From: a virus
Lineage: Duplodnaviria; Caudoviricetes
IMG/VR virus record: IMGVR_UViG_3300025018_000091
Strand: one strand, 5' to 3'
Length of the DNA: 64,000 nucleotides
Both the position numbers and the translations under genes were made by a program. The notes under the pieces are model-generated. The model was not told where the DNA came from. It ran no database searches and saw only the letters and a program-made list of their open reading frames with translations. Numbering within the stretch: position 1 is the first letter of the stretch; every line of letters starts with the position of its first letter. This document shows, piece by piece, positions 8,793 through 17,018 of this stretch.

Positions 8793-9196
8793 TTATACAA
8801 TCTCCATTTATACAATCTCTCTTGGTCTTTTTTCCAAGCATAATAAGATTTACGCCACTTTTCCTTACGAAGACATCCACAAGACTTAATTCCTTTATTA
8901 AAATCGTTAACTTGATAATACTTTATATTACCACATTCGCATTTACATTTGAGCTTATATTTAAATTGTTTAGATGGTAATTGAACAACTTCGATTACTT
9001 CTAACCGACCATAAATATTGCCAACCAATTTAAGTGTGCTTTCTTTCTGAAGAAAAAGAATTTCTCCATTATCTAACTTAATAGCAGCAATACCATTGTC
9101 TCCATAAATTACTTTAGTAATAGTTCTTCCAATCAGAACTTCATTCCAAAAAAGGTTTATTGAGACTATTCTTTTCCCATTTTTTCTTATATTCAA
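8789..9196 (-). CDS. hypothetical protein with endonuclease-type Zn/DNA-binding segment
   Basis: YGRLEVIE...KCKCECGN...KSCGCL, like the N-terminal repeats of the 43558 endonuclease. Confidence 0.5.
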   Translation of the reverse strand: MNIRKNGKRIVSINLFWNEVLIGRTITKVIYGDNGIAAIKLDNGEILFLQKESTLKLVGNIYGRLEVIEVVQLPSKQFKYKLKCKCECGNIKYYQVNDFNKGIKSCGCLRKEKWRKSYYAWKKDQERLYKWRLYK

Positions 9197-9459
9197 GAGT
9201 CATCGTATTCCATTTCTGCTCTATTTATCATATCCATAAATTCTTCACGCAATTCATTATATTCAATATTTCTTTGAAGATATATAATGTGCATAAATTG
9301 CCCGGCAAGATCTCCAAGATAATCATACTTAATTTTTACTTTGCCATGAACAATGGTATTGATATGAGATGTAAACTCAGCAGCACCATCAGCACTATCA
9401 AAGCCTAATACTATTGGCAAATTTACTCTAATATCTTTTGGTTTAATATTAATATTCAT
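9193..9459 (-). CDS. hypothetical protein
   Basis: Operonic overlap with neighbours. Confidence 0.55.
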   Translation of the reverse strand: MNINIKPKDIRVNLPIVLGFDSADGAAEFTSHINTIVHGKVKIKYDYLGDLAGQFMHIIYLQRNIEYNELREEFMDMINRAEMEYDDS

Positions 9460-10184
9460 TTTATTTCTATCGTATGATACGTCGTTGCAGCATTAGAAAC
9501 CAACATATTTCCTCTAATGGCAAGTCCATTAGCTTCATGACAATGCCCATGCAATAAATATGTTGGCAATCTTTTATCATTCACTTTATAGTCTAAAGCG
9601 TTAGTTATAACAGAACTGCCTATAGTATCATTGCCGTGAGTTAAATCAAGCATTTGATACAATGGGGCATGTGTCACCAACACATCTACAAAAGATTCAT
9701 TTAAAGCCTTGACCATTTTCTCGACTTCTAATTCCATTTCTGGAACTTCTCTTTCATAATTAAACATTCCATTTATCGCTGGAACATACGGAAATCCATA
9801 AAAAGTAACGTCTTTATGCAACACAACCTGTTCTGTAAGATTAATGGCTTTTATACCTTCAGATGCAAGAGTTTGAGCCATTAGTTGTGGATGTAAGAAA
9901 TCATGATTGCCAAGAATAAAAAGAAGCGGTCTTCCTTGAAGCCATACCTTAATATTTCTTATATTCTGACTTAACCAATCCAGCTGAAAAGCCATCTCTT
10001 GTGTTAGGTTTTTATTCATAAATGCAGTAGAATTAGGAAAAAAATCACCAGAATGAACTACTGCGTCAAATTTACCACGTAATGTAGGAAATCCACCATG
10101 TGTATCAGAAATATGACAAACTCTCATTTTATATTTCCTTGCAACAACATCAGATACTCTTTTTATTCTAGATACATTAACCAT
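9456..10184 (-). CDS. calcineurin-like metallophosphoesterase
   Basis: HISDTHG, HSGDF, GNHD, THAP, HGHCHE motifs. Confidence 0.9.
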   Translation of the reverse strand: MVNVSRIKRVSDVVARKYKMRVCHISDTHGGFPTLRGKFDAVVHSGDFFPNSTAFMNKNLTQEMAFQLDWLSQNIRNIKVWLQGRPLLFILGNHDFLHPQLMAQTLASEGIKAINLTEQVVLHKDVTFYGFPYVPAINGMFNYEREVPEMELEVEKMVKALNESFVDVLVTHAPLYQMLDLTHGNDTIGSSVITNALDYKVNDKRLPTYLLHGHCHEANGLAIRGNMLVSNAATTYHTIEIK

Positions 10185-10389
10185 ATTTATCTACTTTCAA
10201 ATGAATTAGTACATTATCAATTTTTTTAGGAATAATATTACGTATCTTATAATCTAACCTTGCAATACCAGCTAATACTATGTAATCACCATCATAAGTA
10301 ACAACTTCACAATCATGATACCATGCATAATTCGATAATTTCATTTTCAATTTCAAACGGGCTTGATTTGCTTCAAAAAATGATGTCAT
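10177..10389 (-). CDS. hypothetical protein
   Basis: ORF with GGAG RBS. Confidence 0.5.
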   Translation of the reverse strand: MTSFFEANQARLKLKMKLSNYAWYHDCEVVTYDGDYIVLAGIARLDYKIRNIIPKKIDNVLIHLKVDKYG

Positions 10390-10446
10390 AACCTTATATT
10401 ACTCCATAATCTCATATGTAATATACATAACCTAACTGGACTAAAC

Positions 10447-11115
10447 ATGTCTCACAAAAAAATAATATCATTAGCAAATAGGTTTTTTATTAAATTAGCA
10501 TACGAAGATGTTGCCACTAATCCTGGCGATATGCCTAATAAAGAAAAAAAGACAGTAGATACTGGTATTAATGAGCCCATAAATGATTTACTAGAACCTC
10601 CTTCAGCTTTAATAGAAATGGTTCACAATAACCCATATCAAGATGAAAGAATGTCATCACCAGGTGAAGGAGCAATTGCAGAGAGAAGAGAAATAGTAGA
10701 GAAATTATATGGTTATGCAAAAACTATTTCTAATGAAATTAACTCTGACTTTGGAGTTTTAAAAGATTATTGGTTAACTCATCAAAAAGAATATAAAGCA
10801 TTAGATAATATTAAAAAAGTATTTGATGAATTATTACCAATTATAATATATACTCCGTACGAATTTAAAACCAAATTAACTGATTTCTTAAATTCTAAAC
10901 CAGAACTAAAACTTTATAATCCAGCTAATTCAGTACAACCAATATCAGAAACACAAATGGATAATTTAAAAACTATTTATTATGATTCATATTCTGATAT
11001 GATATTCAGACATACCAATAGAGGTTTGTCAGGTGGTCAGGTGCTAAAACCAGCACATCCTAAAGGAATTAGGATGTTAATGATGTTGCCTTTCTGGATG
11101 GAAGAAAACATGTAA
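10447..11115 (+). CDS. hypothetical protein (plus strand)
   Basis: 222-aa ORF filling a gap between minus-strand genes. Confidence 0.6.
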   Translation: MSHKKIISLANRFFIKLAYEDVATNPGDMPNKEKKTVDTGINEPINDLLEPPSALIEMVHNNPYQDERMSSPGEGAIAERREIVEKLYGYAKTISNEINSDFGVLKDYWLTHQKEYKALDNIKKVFDELLPIIIYTPYEFKTKLTDFLNSKPELKLYNPANSVQPISETQMDNLKTIYYDSYSDMIFRHTNRGLSGGQVLKPAHPKGIRMLMMLPFWMEENM

Positions 11116-11682
11116 TTAATAATCATCAGAGCACATTTTATTCAAAATATCAAGCTCATTCTTTATAATCATTTCTGCAACATGAGACATTTTAGATAGT
11201 TCTCTCAAAGCATCATCTCTATTTAATATAGCCCATCCAGGTATATGAAATAAATAATTGGGGCGCTTTCTAATTCTAGCAGTCACGAGCGCAACCGCCT
11301 CTTTAGTTGTAAGGGTATCATACTCTTTAACAGAAGATGGATCCTCTAACATCTCTTCAACTGTGATTGGCTTACCATTATAGTCCCAACCAGCAGGAAG
11401 ATCTGTTTGTTTTGGATCATCTTTTGGTTCAACCGAAATCATCTGTTTATGTGTTGGCGATTCAATTTGCCTAAAAGACACAAACACTAAAGGAGCTTGA
11501 GAAAATTCCCATTCAATCGAACCATCATTCTTCTTCTGTTCTTTAGGCTCTTTAATATAAAGAGCTGGATTATAATTCTTTGCTATTTCTATAGCCTTAT
11601 CAGAAGCTGCTTGATATCCAGAATATGCACCAACTACACTGATCACATATCTTGCATGTACTACTATATACGCCGCACTCAT
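11116..11682 (-). CDS. hypothetical protein
   Basis: Long ORF in operon. Confidence 0.6.
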   Translation of the reverse strand: MSAAYIVVHARYVISVVGAYSGYQAASDKAIEIAKNYNPALYIKEPKEQKKNDGSIEWEFSQAPLVFVSFRQIESPTHKQMISVEPKDDPKQTDLPAGWDYNGKPITVEEMLEDPSSVKEYDTLTTKEAVALVTARIRKRPNYLFHIPGWAILNRDDALRELSKMSHVAEMIIKNELDILNKMCSDDY

Positions 11683-11691
11683 AATATATCC

Positions 11692-12204
11692 TTATCGAAG
11701 TGGAAACAAAGATGGTTGAGTGCTAAACAAATTCTTCCAAGAATCTAATGCAGTAGCAACTGGAGCAGGCGCAGGCAATGTAGAAGGAACTGTCACAGCA
11801 ACTGGCTGTGAAACAATTGAGCCACTATCAGTTACACTAACACTATTATCACCAACGGTGACTGCAACTGGCGCTGCGGTCATAGGACGTGCAGCGGTCT
11901 TTGCCCTTTGCTGAACATCATATTTAGAATCCAGGTCCCAAGAGTCAGCCAAAGGATGATACAATAGGGCTTGGGCAGTCGAACCATCAGCAAGATTCAC
12001 TGTGATAGGTGAACGACCATAACCTTGAGGTTCAATAGAATTTATCCATGCAGCACGAACAACATCACGAACTTCACGATGGCGTGCATGTGGCATCTTT
12101 TCCTTTACCTTATTGCTGACGTCAAGCGCAGTAAACAATTCATCTGCACTAACAAAATCAGCAACAACCGTATCAACCAAACTCTCCAAATTAGAATTAC
12201 TCAT
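11692..12204 (-). CDS. hypothetical protein
   Basis: ORF with GGAG RBS; Ala/Pro/Val-rich C-terminal linker. Confidence 0.6.
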   Translation of the reverse strand: MSNSNLESLVDTVVADFVSADELFTALDVSNKVKEKMPHARHREVRDVVRAAWINSIEPQGYGRSPITVNLADGSTAQALLYHPLADSWDLDSKYDVQQRAKTAARPMTAAPVAVTVGDNSVSVTDSGSIVSQPVAVTVPSTLPAPAPVATALDSWKNLFSTQPSLFPLR

Positions 12205-12214
12205 ATTTATTCTC

Positions 12215-12718
12215 CTATTTTAGAAATGATTCTAAATCTATTAATTTCATTTTTCCCCAACGATCTAACATAACATTTCTGGAATGTAAGTCGTGGTATT
12301 TAAATTTTAACTGTTTTATTTTAGTTAAGAACTCTTGAATATTCTTTGTACAAAAAGCGGGAACATTTCTTCTATGATAATAATATTCCCACAATATATC
12401 TTGAATCCATATTTCATCTTTATTTCTAGGTATTGGAATTAATTTTTCCATTACATGATAATAATATGGAGCTTCATTATCTATATTTACAGATCCAAAC
12501 TCATAAATTTTAACTACTGACGAATTATTAACTTCGATTAAATAACTTAATAAATCGTTAAATTTGTTTCCAAGTTTAGGATCGCTATCATCTTGAGTTA
12601 CTTTAATTATGCGATTTGGTTTATCTTTTAGATACCACATCCAACCACTACGACACCGAATGGAACGTCCCAATTTAAATTTTTTTTGTAACTCTTCCTT
12701 CAACGCCAGCATATACAC
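12215..12718 (-). CDS. protein kinase-like fold protein
   Basis: IIKVT, VVKIYE, VMEKL, catalytic loop YHDLHSRNVM, LIDL. Confidence 0.7.
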   Translation of the reverse strand: MYMLALKEELQKKFKLGRSIRCRSGWMWYLKDKPNRIIKVTQDDSDPKLGNKFNDLLSYLIEVNNSSVVKIYEFGSVNIDNEAPYYYHVMEKLIPIPRNKDEIWIQDILWEYYYHRRNVPAFCTKNIQEFLTKIKQLKFKYHDLHSRNVMLDRWGKMKLIDLESFLK

Positions 12719-12746
12719 AATGTATATCGTAAAAAATTGGGCGCAA
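12719..12746 (-). promoter_or_regulatory. sigma70-like early promoter
   Basis: TTGCGC-N16-TACATT immediately upstream of the kinase-like gene; the annotated start abuts the -10 box, so the true start may be downstream. Confidence 0.5.
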
Positions 12747-12774
12747 GGGCAGGCATTTTTTAAAACTAACTATC

Positions 12775-12990
12775 TTACTCTGGATCGTCGCGCGGATTAT
12801 CTATAATCATACGAATGCCTTGTGAATTTCCTTTCTTACAAAAAACAAATTCACCTTGGATTCTATATCCATCAAGCAACATCCTATGCTTTAGGATGTC
12901 TTCAAAATCAGAAAGGAACATAGAATATCGACGACCATCTTTTAAAGATTCAAAAACAAAATGCGCTGAGTTTTTTTTGTTGAATAACAT
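12775..12990 (-). CDS. hypothetical protein
   Basis: ORF in operon. Confidence 0.5.
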   Translation of the reverse strand: MLFNKKNSAHFVFESLKDGRRYSMFLSDFEDILKHRMLLDGYRIQGEFVFCKKGNSQGIRMIIDNPRDDPE

Positions 12991-13178
12991 TGTATAAATG
13001 CTAAATTATCTGCAAAAATAGCATTTGGTTCATTAAAACCATCATAATTTACTCTATAAGATCGATAACCTTGTTTAGGGCTACTTGGAGTAGCTGGTTC
13101 CAAGTATCGTCTTGTAAGATTTCCATTTTTATCAAAAGACACTTCATAATTCTGAAAAACTCTAGGATTCTTATTCAT
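12942..13178 (-). CDS. hypothetical protein
   Basis: Overlaps NADAR stop. Confidence 0.45.
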   Translation of the reverse strand: MNKNPRVFQNYEVSFDKNGNLTRRYLEPATPSSPKQGYRSYRVNYDGFNEPNAIFADNLAFIQCYSTKKTQRILFLNL

Positions 13179-13602
13179 GTCGCAACTCCGCTCTAACTTC
13201 CATTAATACCTTGCCAAGCATGTTTTTTCCAGAACCATCAGCACCACATCCCCAATAGTAATCAACTGGAGAGTCTTCAATTAAAATTTCATCATTTGTG
13301 GCAAGTAATTGTTCCCTAAGATTATGATGTTGTACAAACTTAGCAAGAACAGCGTCTTTCATTACCTGATACTTATCAGAATCAAAATGATCACGAAAGG
13401 TTACTGTTTGACCAAGATCTCTTGCTATACGTGGAGTTTTTGCAGAACGAATCATTTCTTGTTCGTCTGTATAAACTGTTTTCATGGCTTGATAATAATG
13501 TTCTACAGTATTCCACCATTTTCCATTAAGAAAAATTTTTGATCTATAGAAATTACCCATATATCCATGAGGGTCTTGTGTTTTATAAAATTTAATTGTC
13601 AT
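13171..13602 (-). CDS. NADAR (YbiA-like) family protein
   Basis: GNFY, TVEHYYQAMK, KFVQH..LREQLLAT, IEDSPVDYYWGCG, NMLGKVLMEVR. Confidence 0.92.
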   Translation of the reverse strand: MTIKFYKTQDPHGYMGNFYRSKIFLNGKWWNTVEHYYQAMKTVYTDEQEMIRSAKTPRIARDLGQTVTFRDHFDSDKYQVMKDAVLAKFVQHHNLREQLLATNDEILIEDSPVDYYWGCGADGSGKNMLGKVLMEVRAELRHE

Positions 13603-13643
13603 TATTTTTTCCTAGAGAATAAAAAGATATATAGATATCAAAA

Positions 13644-14663
13644 ATGAAGAATACAATTATCAATATCTATGTTCATGGTACTCGTCACCAAATTGGTTAT
13701 AAAATAGGTGCTATTCATCAGAAATATATCAAATATAAGGCTGATAAAGCTTATGATGAGATGAATTCTGAACAGCGTAGGTGGGTACTTGCTTCTTGGC
13801 AAATTACCAAAAAATATTGTTCTGATTTTGTTGCCGAGTTAATTGGTATGAGTGAAGGGGCTAAAACTACTCCAATAAACGTTTTTACTAAATTTTGCGA
13901 AGAGATAGATGATTTTAGTAATGGCTGCACTGATATTATCGCAATGCCAAATACTACCAAACATCATGAGACACTTATCGGTCATAATAATGACGAGGTT
14001 CCTGATGATGCCAAACCTATGATTATTAGAAGCACAACTCCAGACGGAATAACTGCCGTAGGAATTTCCTACAATGGTTTTGGTTATGGTGTAGGGTTCA
14101 ATAATCAAGGTATTAGTATAACTGGAAATCATTTATCACAAAATGATATTAAAGAAGGTATTCCAAGATTAGTTTTACTTCAAGAGATGATGAGAGCCAA
14201 AACATTTGAAGATGTTGTAAAAATTGCATCTCATCCGTCTAGAGCTTCCAGTTATAATAATGTTATTGCGACTCCTAAACAGTTAGTATCATTAGAAGGA
14301 TCTAGTAATTATTTAACTCCAATTATTGTTAAAAGCGGTATTTTTGCTCATGCAAATCATTATCTATCTAATAAGCTTAAAGAGAAAGTAGAAAACAAAC
14401 CAAAAAAGGATATGGCAGGATCTATTGCCAGAATTAATAGAGCAGCCCAATTATTGCAAGAATCAAAAGGTCAACATACTATTGATACGTTTAAATCTAT
14501 ATTATCAGACCATGGCTCTAAGGTTAGAGATATTTGTAATCATACTGGAAAGCCTAATGATTCAGAAACAATTTTCTCTATTATAGTTAGACTGGAAGCA
14601 AGACAGCTATATTATACAAATGGAAGACCCTGTTCAACTCCTTGGATACGATTTAAGTTCTAA
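13644..14663 (+). CDS. peptidase C45 (acyl-CoA:6-APA acyltransferase-like Ntn hydrolase)
   Basis: NGCTDI nucleophile site, GHNND, GFNNQGISITGN, HANHYL, SIARINRA. Confidence 0.8.
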   Translation: MKNTIINIYVHGTRHQIGYKIGAIHQKYIKYKADKAYDEMNSEQRRWVLASWQITKKYCSDFVAELIGMSEGAKTTPINVFTKFCEEIDDFSNGCTDIIAMPNTTKHHETLIGHNNDEVPDDAKPMIIRSTTPDGITAVGISYNGFGYGVGFNNQGISITGNHLSQNDIKEGIPRLVLLQEMMRAKTFEDVVKIASHPSRASSYNNVIATPKQLVSLEGSSNYLTPIIVKSGIFAHANHYLSNKLKEKVENKPKKDMAGSIARINRAAQLLQESKGQHTIDTFKSILSDHGSKVRDICNHTGKPNDSETIFSIIVRLEARQLYYTNGRPCSTPWIRFKF

Positions 14664-14940
14664 CTCTACGACCTCTTAAAACATCAATTGGATTCACAGG
14701 TTCAGAATCCAATACTTCCAAAAACGCATCTGATAGTCCAGTCAATGCAGTATCAACATCAGATGCAACACATTTGCAAACTACCTTTTTACCAGATTTA
14801 AATTCACTTCCGTATCTAACAACGGAAGAATAAATACTTCCATCTTTTAGAGTGGAAACTAGCACACCAGGACAAGTTGCATCCTTACGAAATGCGTAAG
14901 AAACGGCTTTAGTTAAATCATTTAGTAGTGTATTACTCAT
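14653..14940 (-). CDS. hypothetical protein
   Basis: Coupled to the Macro gene. Confidence 0.55.
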   Translation of the reverse strand: MSNTLLNDLTKAVSYAFRKDATCPGVLVSTLKDGSIYSSVVRYGSEFKSGKKVVCKCVASDVDTALTGLSDAFLEVLDSEPVNPIDVLRGRRVRT

Positions 14941-15422
14941 TATTCTTCTCCTTCTAACCTATAAATTATTACCTTTGCGCCTTGTGTTTCGTCAATATAA
15001 CGGGCAAAATTAGTTATGGTGCCAAGATAATTTTCCCAATTTCCTCCAGCAGCACCACACCCAATTCTCCATGGGAATGCTACGCTATCTAAATCAGGAA
15101 TTCGAGCAACAGCCATTAAGGATTTATGAAAATACTTTTCTCTTGTCTTTGTTCCATCTAATGTTGATAGTGGATACTTTGGAGTACCTGGATAATATTG
15201 ACCAAGTAATGCAATTACATATCGCTGGTCATCTCCATTTCCTCTAACAATAATAGTTCCTGGCACATCTGGATCTTTTTTTGCAGTATACACATCGGCA
15301 TATGGATAGTGACGGAAAACTGTTTGCGCTAAGTGTGCAGAGCGATTTGTTACACAATTACACTGATGACACAAATACTTTTCTTTAGAATCAAATATAC
15401 TCCCAATAATAATATCTAACAT
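14940..15422 (-). CDS. Macro domain protein (ADP-ribose hydrolase)
   Basis: GSIF...CHQCNCVT, AFPWRIGCGAAGGNW. Confidence 0.88.
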   Translation of the reverse strand: MLDIIIGSIFDSKEKYLCHQCNCVTNRSAHLAQTVFRHYPYADVYTAKKDPDVPGTIIVRGNGDDQRYVIALLGQYYPGTPKYPLSTLDGTKTREKYFHKSLMAVARIPDLDSVAFPWRIGCGAAGGNWENYLGTITNFARYIDETQGAKVIIYRLEGEE

Positions 15423-15452
15423 TATTTCCTCAATATTTGTAATTACTCAATT

Positions 15453-15986
15453 CTATTCATTATATCTTGTTTTAAGATAAGATATCATTAATTCATTAAG
15501 CTCTTGCTCCATTAAATCTAACTTAGCAGAATTTAACCACAATGGAACAAATTGTAAATTTTTTATATCAGAATAATCTTTAGAAGGATCTATTTTATCT
15601 ACAGATGCCCAAAAGGCTTTTTTACTATGTTTGTTAACTATTGAAAAATCCATGTATGGAAAAACTTTTAAACCATGTTTAGCTAATTCTACAAGATCAT
15701 TAATGACTAACTCTTTTCTGCCCGCAAATCTATTATTTTTATCAGAACGTTGTTGCCACCTTAATATCCATTGAATTATACAAAAATCAATATCTTCACT
15801 AGACTTCTTTTCTATTATTTTTTTATGAGATATGTAGTTTTTTTTGTTTCTTCTTCTTTTTTCTTCTGTTGATAAATTATTCCACCATTCTTTATTTTTT
15901 TGGGCATGACAAGATTTACATATAGATCTGTTCTTTTGAAGATTATCTTTAGTTCCACAATGTGTACATTTTCTCATATTAATCAT
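15453..15986 (-). CDS. free-standing HNH-like endonuclease
   Basis: N-terminal CxxC...CxxC, SVDKIDPSKDYS..NLQFVPLWLNSAK; likely start MRKC at 15977. Confidence 0.7.
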   Translation of the reverse strand: MINMRKCTHCGTKDNLQKNRSICKSCHAQKNKEWWNNLSTEEKRRRNKKNYISHKKIIEKKSSEDIDFCIIQWILRWQQRSDKNNRFAGRKELVINDLVELAKHGLKVFPYMDFSIVNKHSKKAFWASVDKIDPSKDYSDIKNLQFVPLWLNSAKLDLMEQELNELMISYLKTRYNE

Positions 15987-15991
15987 AGTGA

Positions 15992-16516
15992 TTAATATGT
16001 ACTTATATTGATAGGATCCTGAAATTTTCTAAACCATGATGGTGGCGCAACTCCTTTATTCCATCTAGCAAAAGAAGCTTTATCTAAACAATAAGCCAAT
16101 CTATAACTAGCTACAACGTCATCTAATATATATTGAGGTTTCACACCAATATGAAATTTTGTTAATGGTCCCGATTTTGGCTTTGCGCCAAGACCTATTG
16201 CAAACTCAATGGCTTTCCTAGATTTTATGTCTTTTTTATATCTTCTGGTATATTCTTCACATAATGCTAATCCATAGATGGCTACCCATTCAAAATTTGA
16301 TAATGTTTCTCTTGCCCATTTTGTTATCGGATGATTTGCATGAGAAATTTTGTATTTATCAAAAGGTTCATAATCTCTTTTATAAGAATCTCCACCTAAC
16401 AAAATTGAATTTGTATTAAGAATTTGTGCAACTTCAGTTGGCATTTTTACTACATGAGAATCACAATGATATTTTGCTGACTGAATAGGATCTTCATCTA
16501 AAACAAATATATTCAT
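15992..16516 (-). CDS. pyrimidine-dimer DNA glycosylase/endonuclease V-like phage protein
   Basis: MNIFVLD..P..SA..HCD.HVVKM.TE.AQIL, HANHPITKWAR, LCEEYTRRY. Confidence 0.75.
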   Translation of the reverse strand: MNIFVLDEDPIQSAKYHCDSHVVKMPTEVAQILNTNSILLGGDSYKRDYEPFDKYKISHANHPITKWARETLSNFEWVAIYGLALCEEYTRRYKKDIKSRKAIEFAIGLGAKPKSGPLTKFHIGVKPQYILDDVVASYRLAYCLDKASFARWNKGVAPPSWFRKFQDPINISTY

Positions 16517-17016
16517 TAATCTTTTACTTTCATCCTACGATCTTTGGGCATTTGTTTATTATATTCAGAAATCCACATTAAAAGCAATAAATGTTGATGA
16601 TCCTCTACATCATCTGCGCCCATTGTATTCCAATTATATTTTTCAACAACTGTTAGTTTAATTGGATCTAATGACCACACTTCACGAGTCTTGTGACAAT
16701 CTGGCACAATTCCTTTATAATGTTTAGGAATATTTTTAATTACTCTTCTTGGAATGAAGATATTAGGTATTTCTTTAACAGCATATATAGTTATGTCTGA
16801 TAAGCTATATAAATTATAATTAGACATATTATCATCATAATGACTTGCAATTAAGCATCCAAATATAGTTGGGGCTAAACATACTCTTGGAGTAATTGTA
16901 TCTTCAACTACGTGACCTTGTTCGCCGATATAACCATTTACTGGAACTCTTGGTACAAATAGTTTTTGTTGACCAACAGTATATGGATCGTTACGAAATG
17001 AAACGTGATAATACAT
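16516..17016 (-). CDS. putative ADP-ribosyltransferase-fold protein
   Basis: YYHVS near the N-terminus, FVPRVP, PRVCLAPTI.GC, VPD...TREVW; coupled to PARP. Confidence 0.45.
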   Translation of the reverse strand: MYYHVSFRNDPYTVGQQKLFVPRVPVNGYIGEQGHVVEDTITPRVCLAPTIFGCLIASHYDDNMSNYNLYSLSDITIYAVKEIPNIFIPRRVIKNIPKHYKGIVPDCHKTREVWSLDPIKLTVVEKYNWNTMGADDVEDHQHLLLLMWISEYNKQMPKDRRMKVKD

Positions 17017-17018
17017 TC

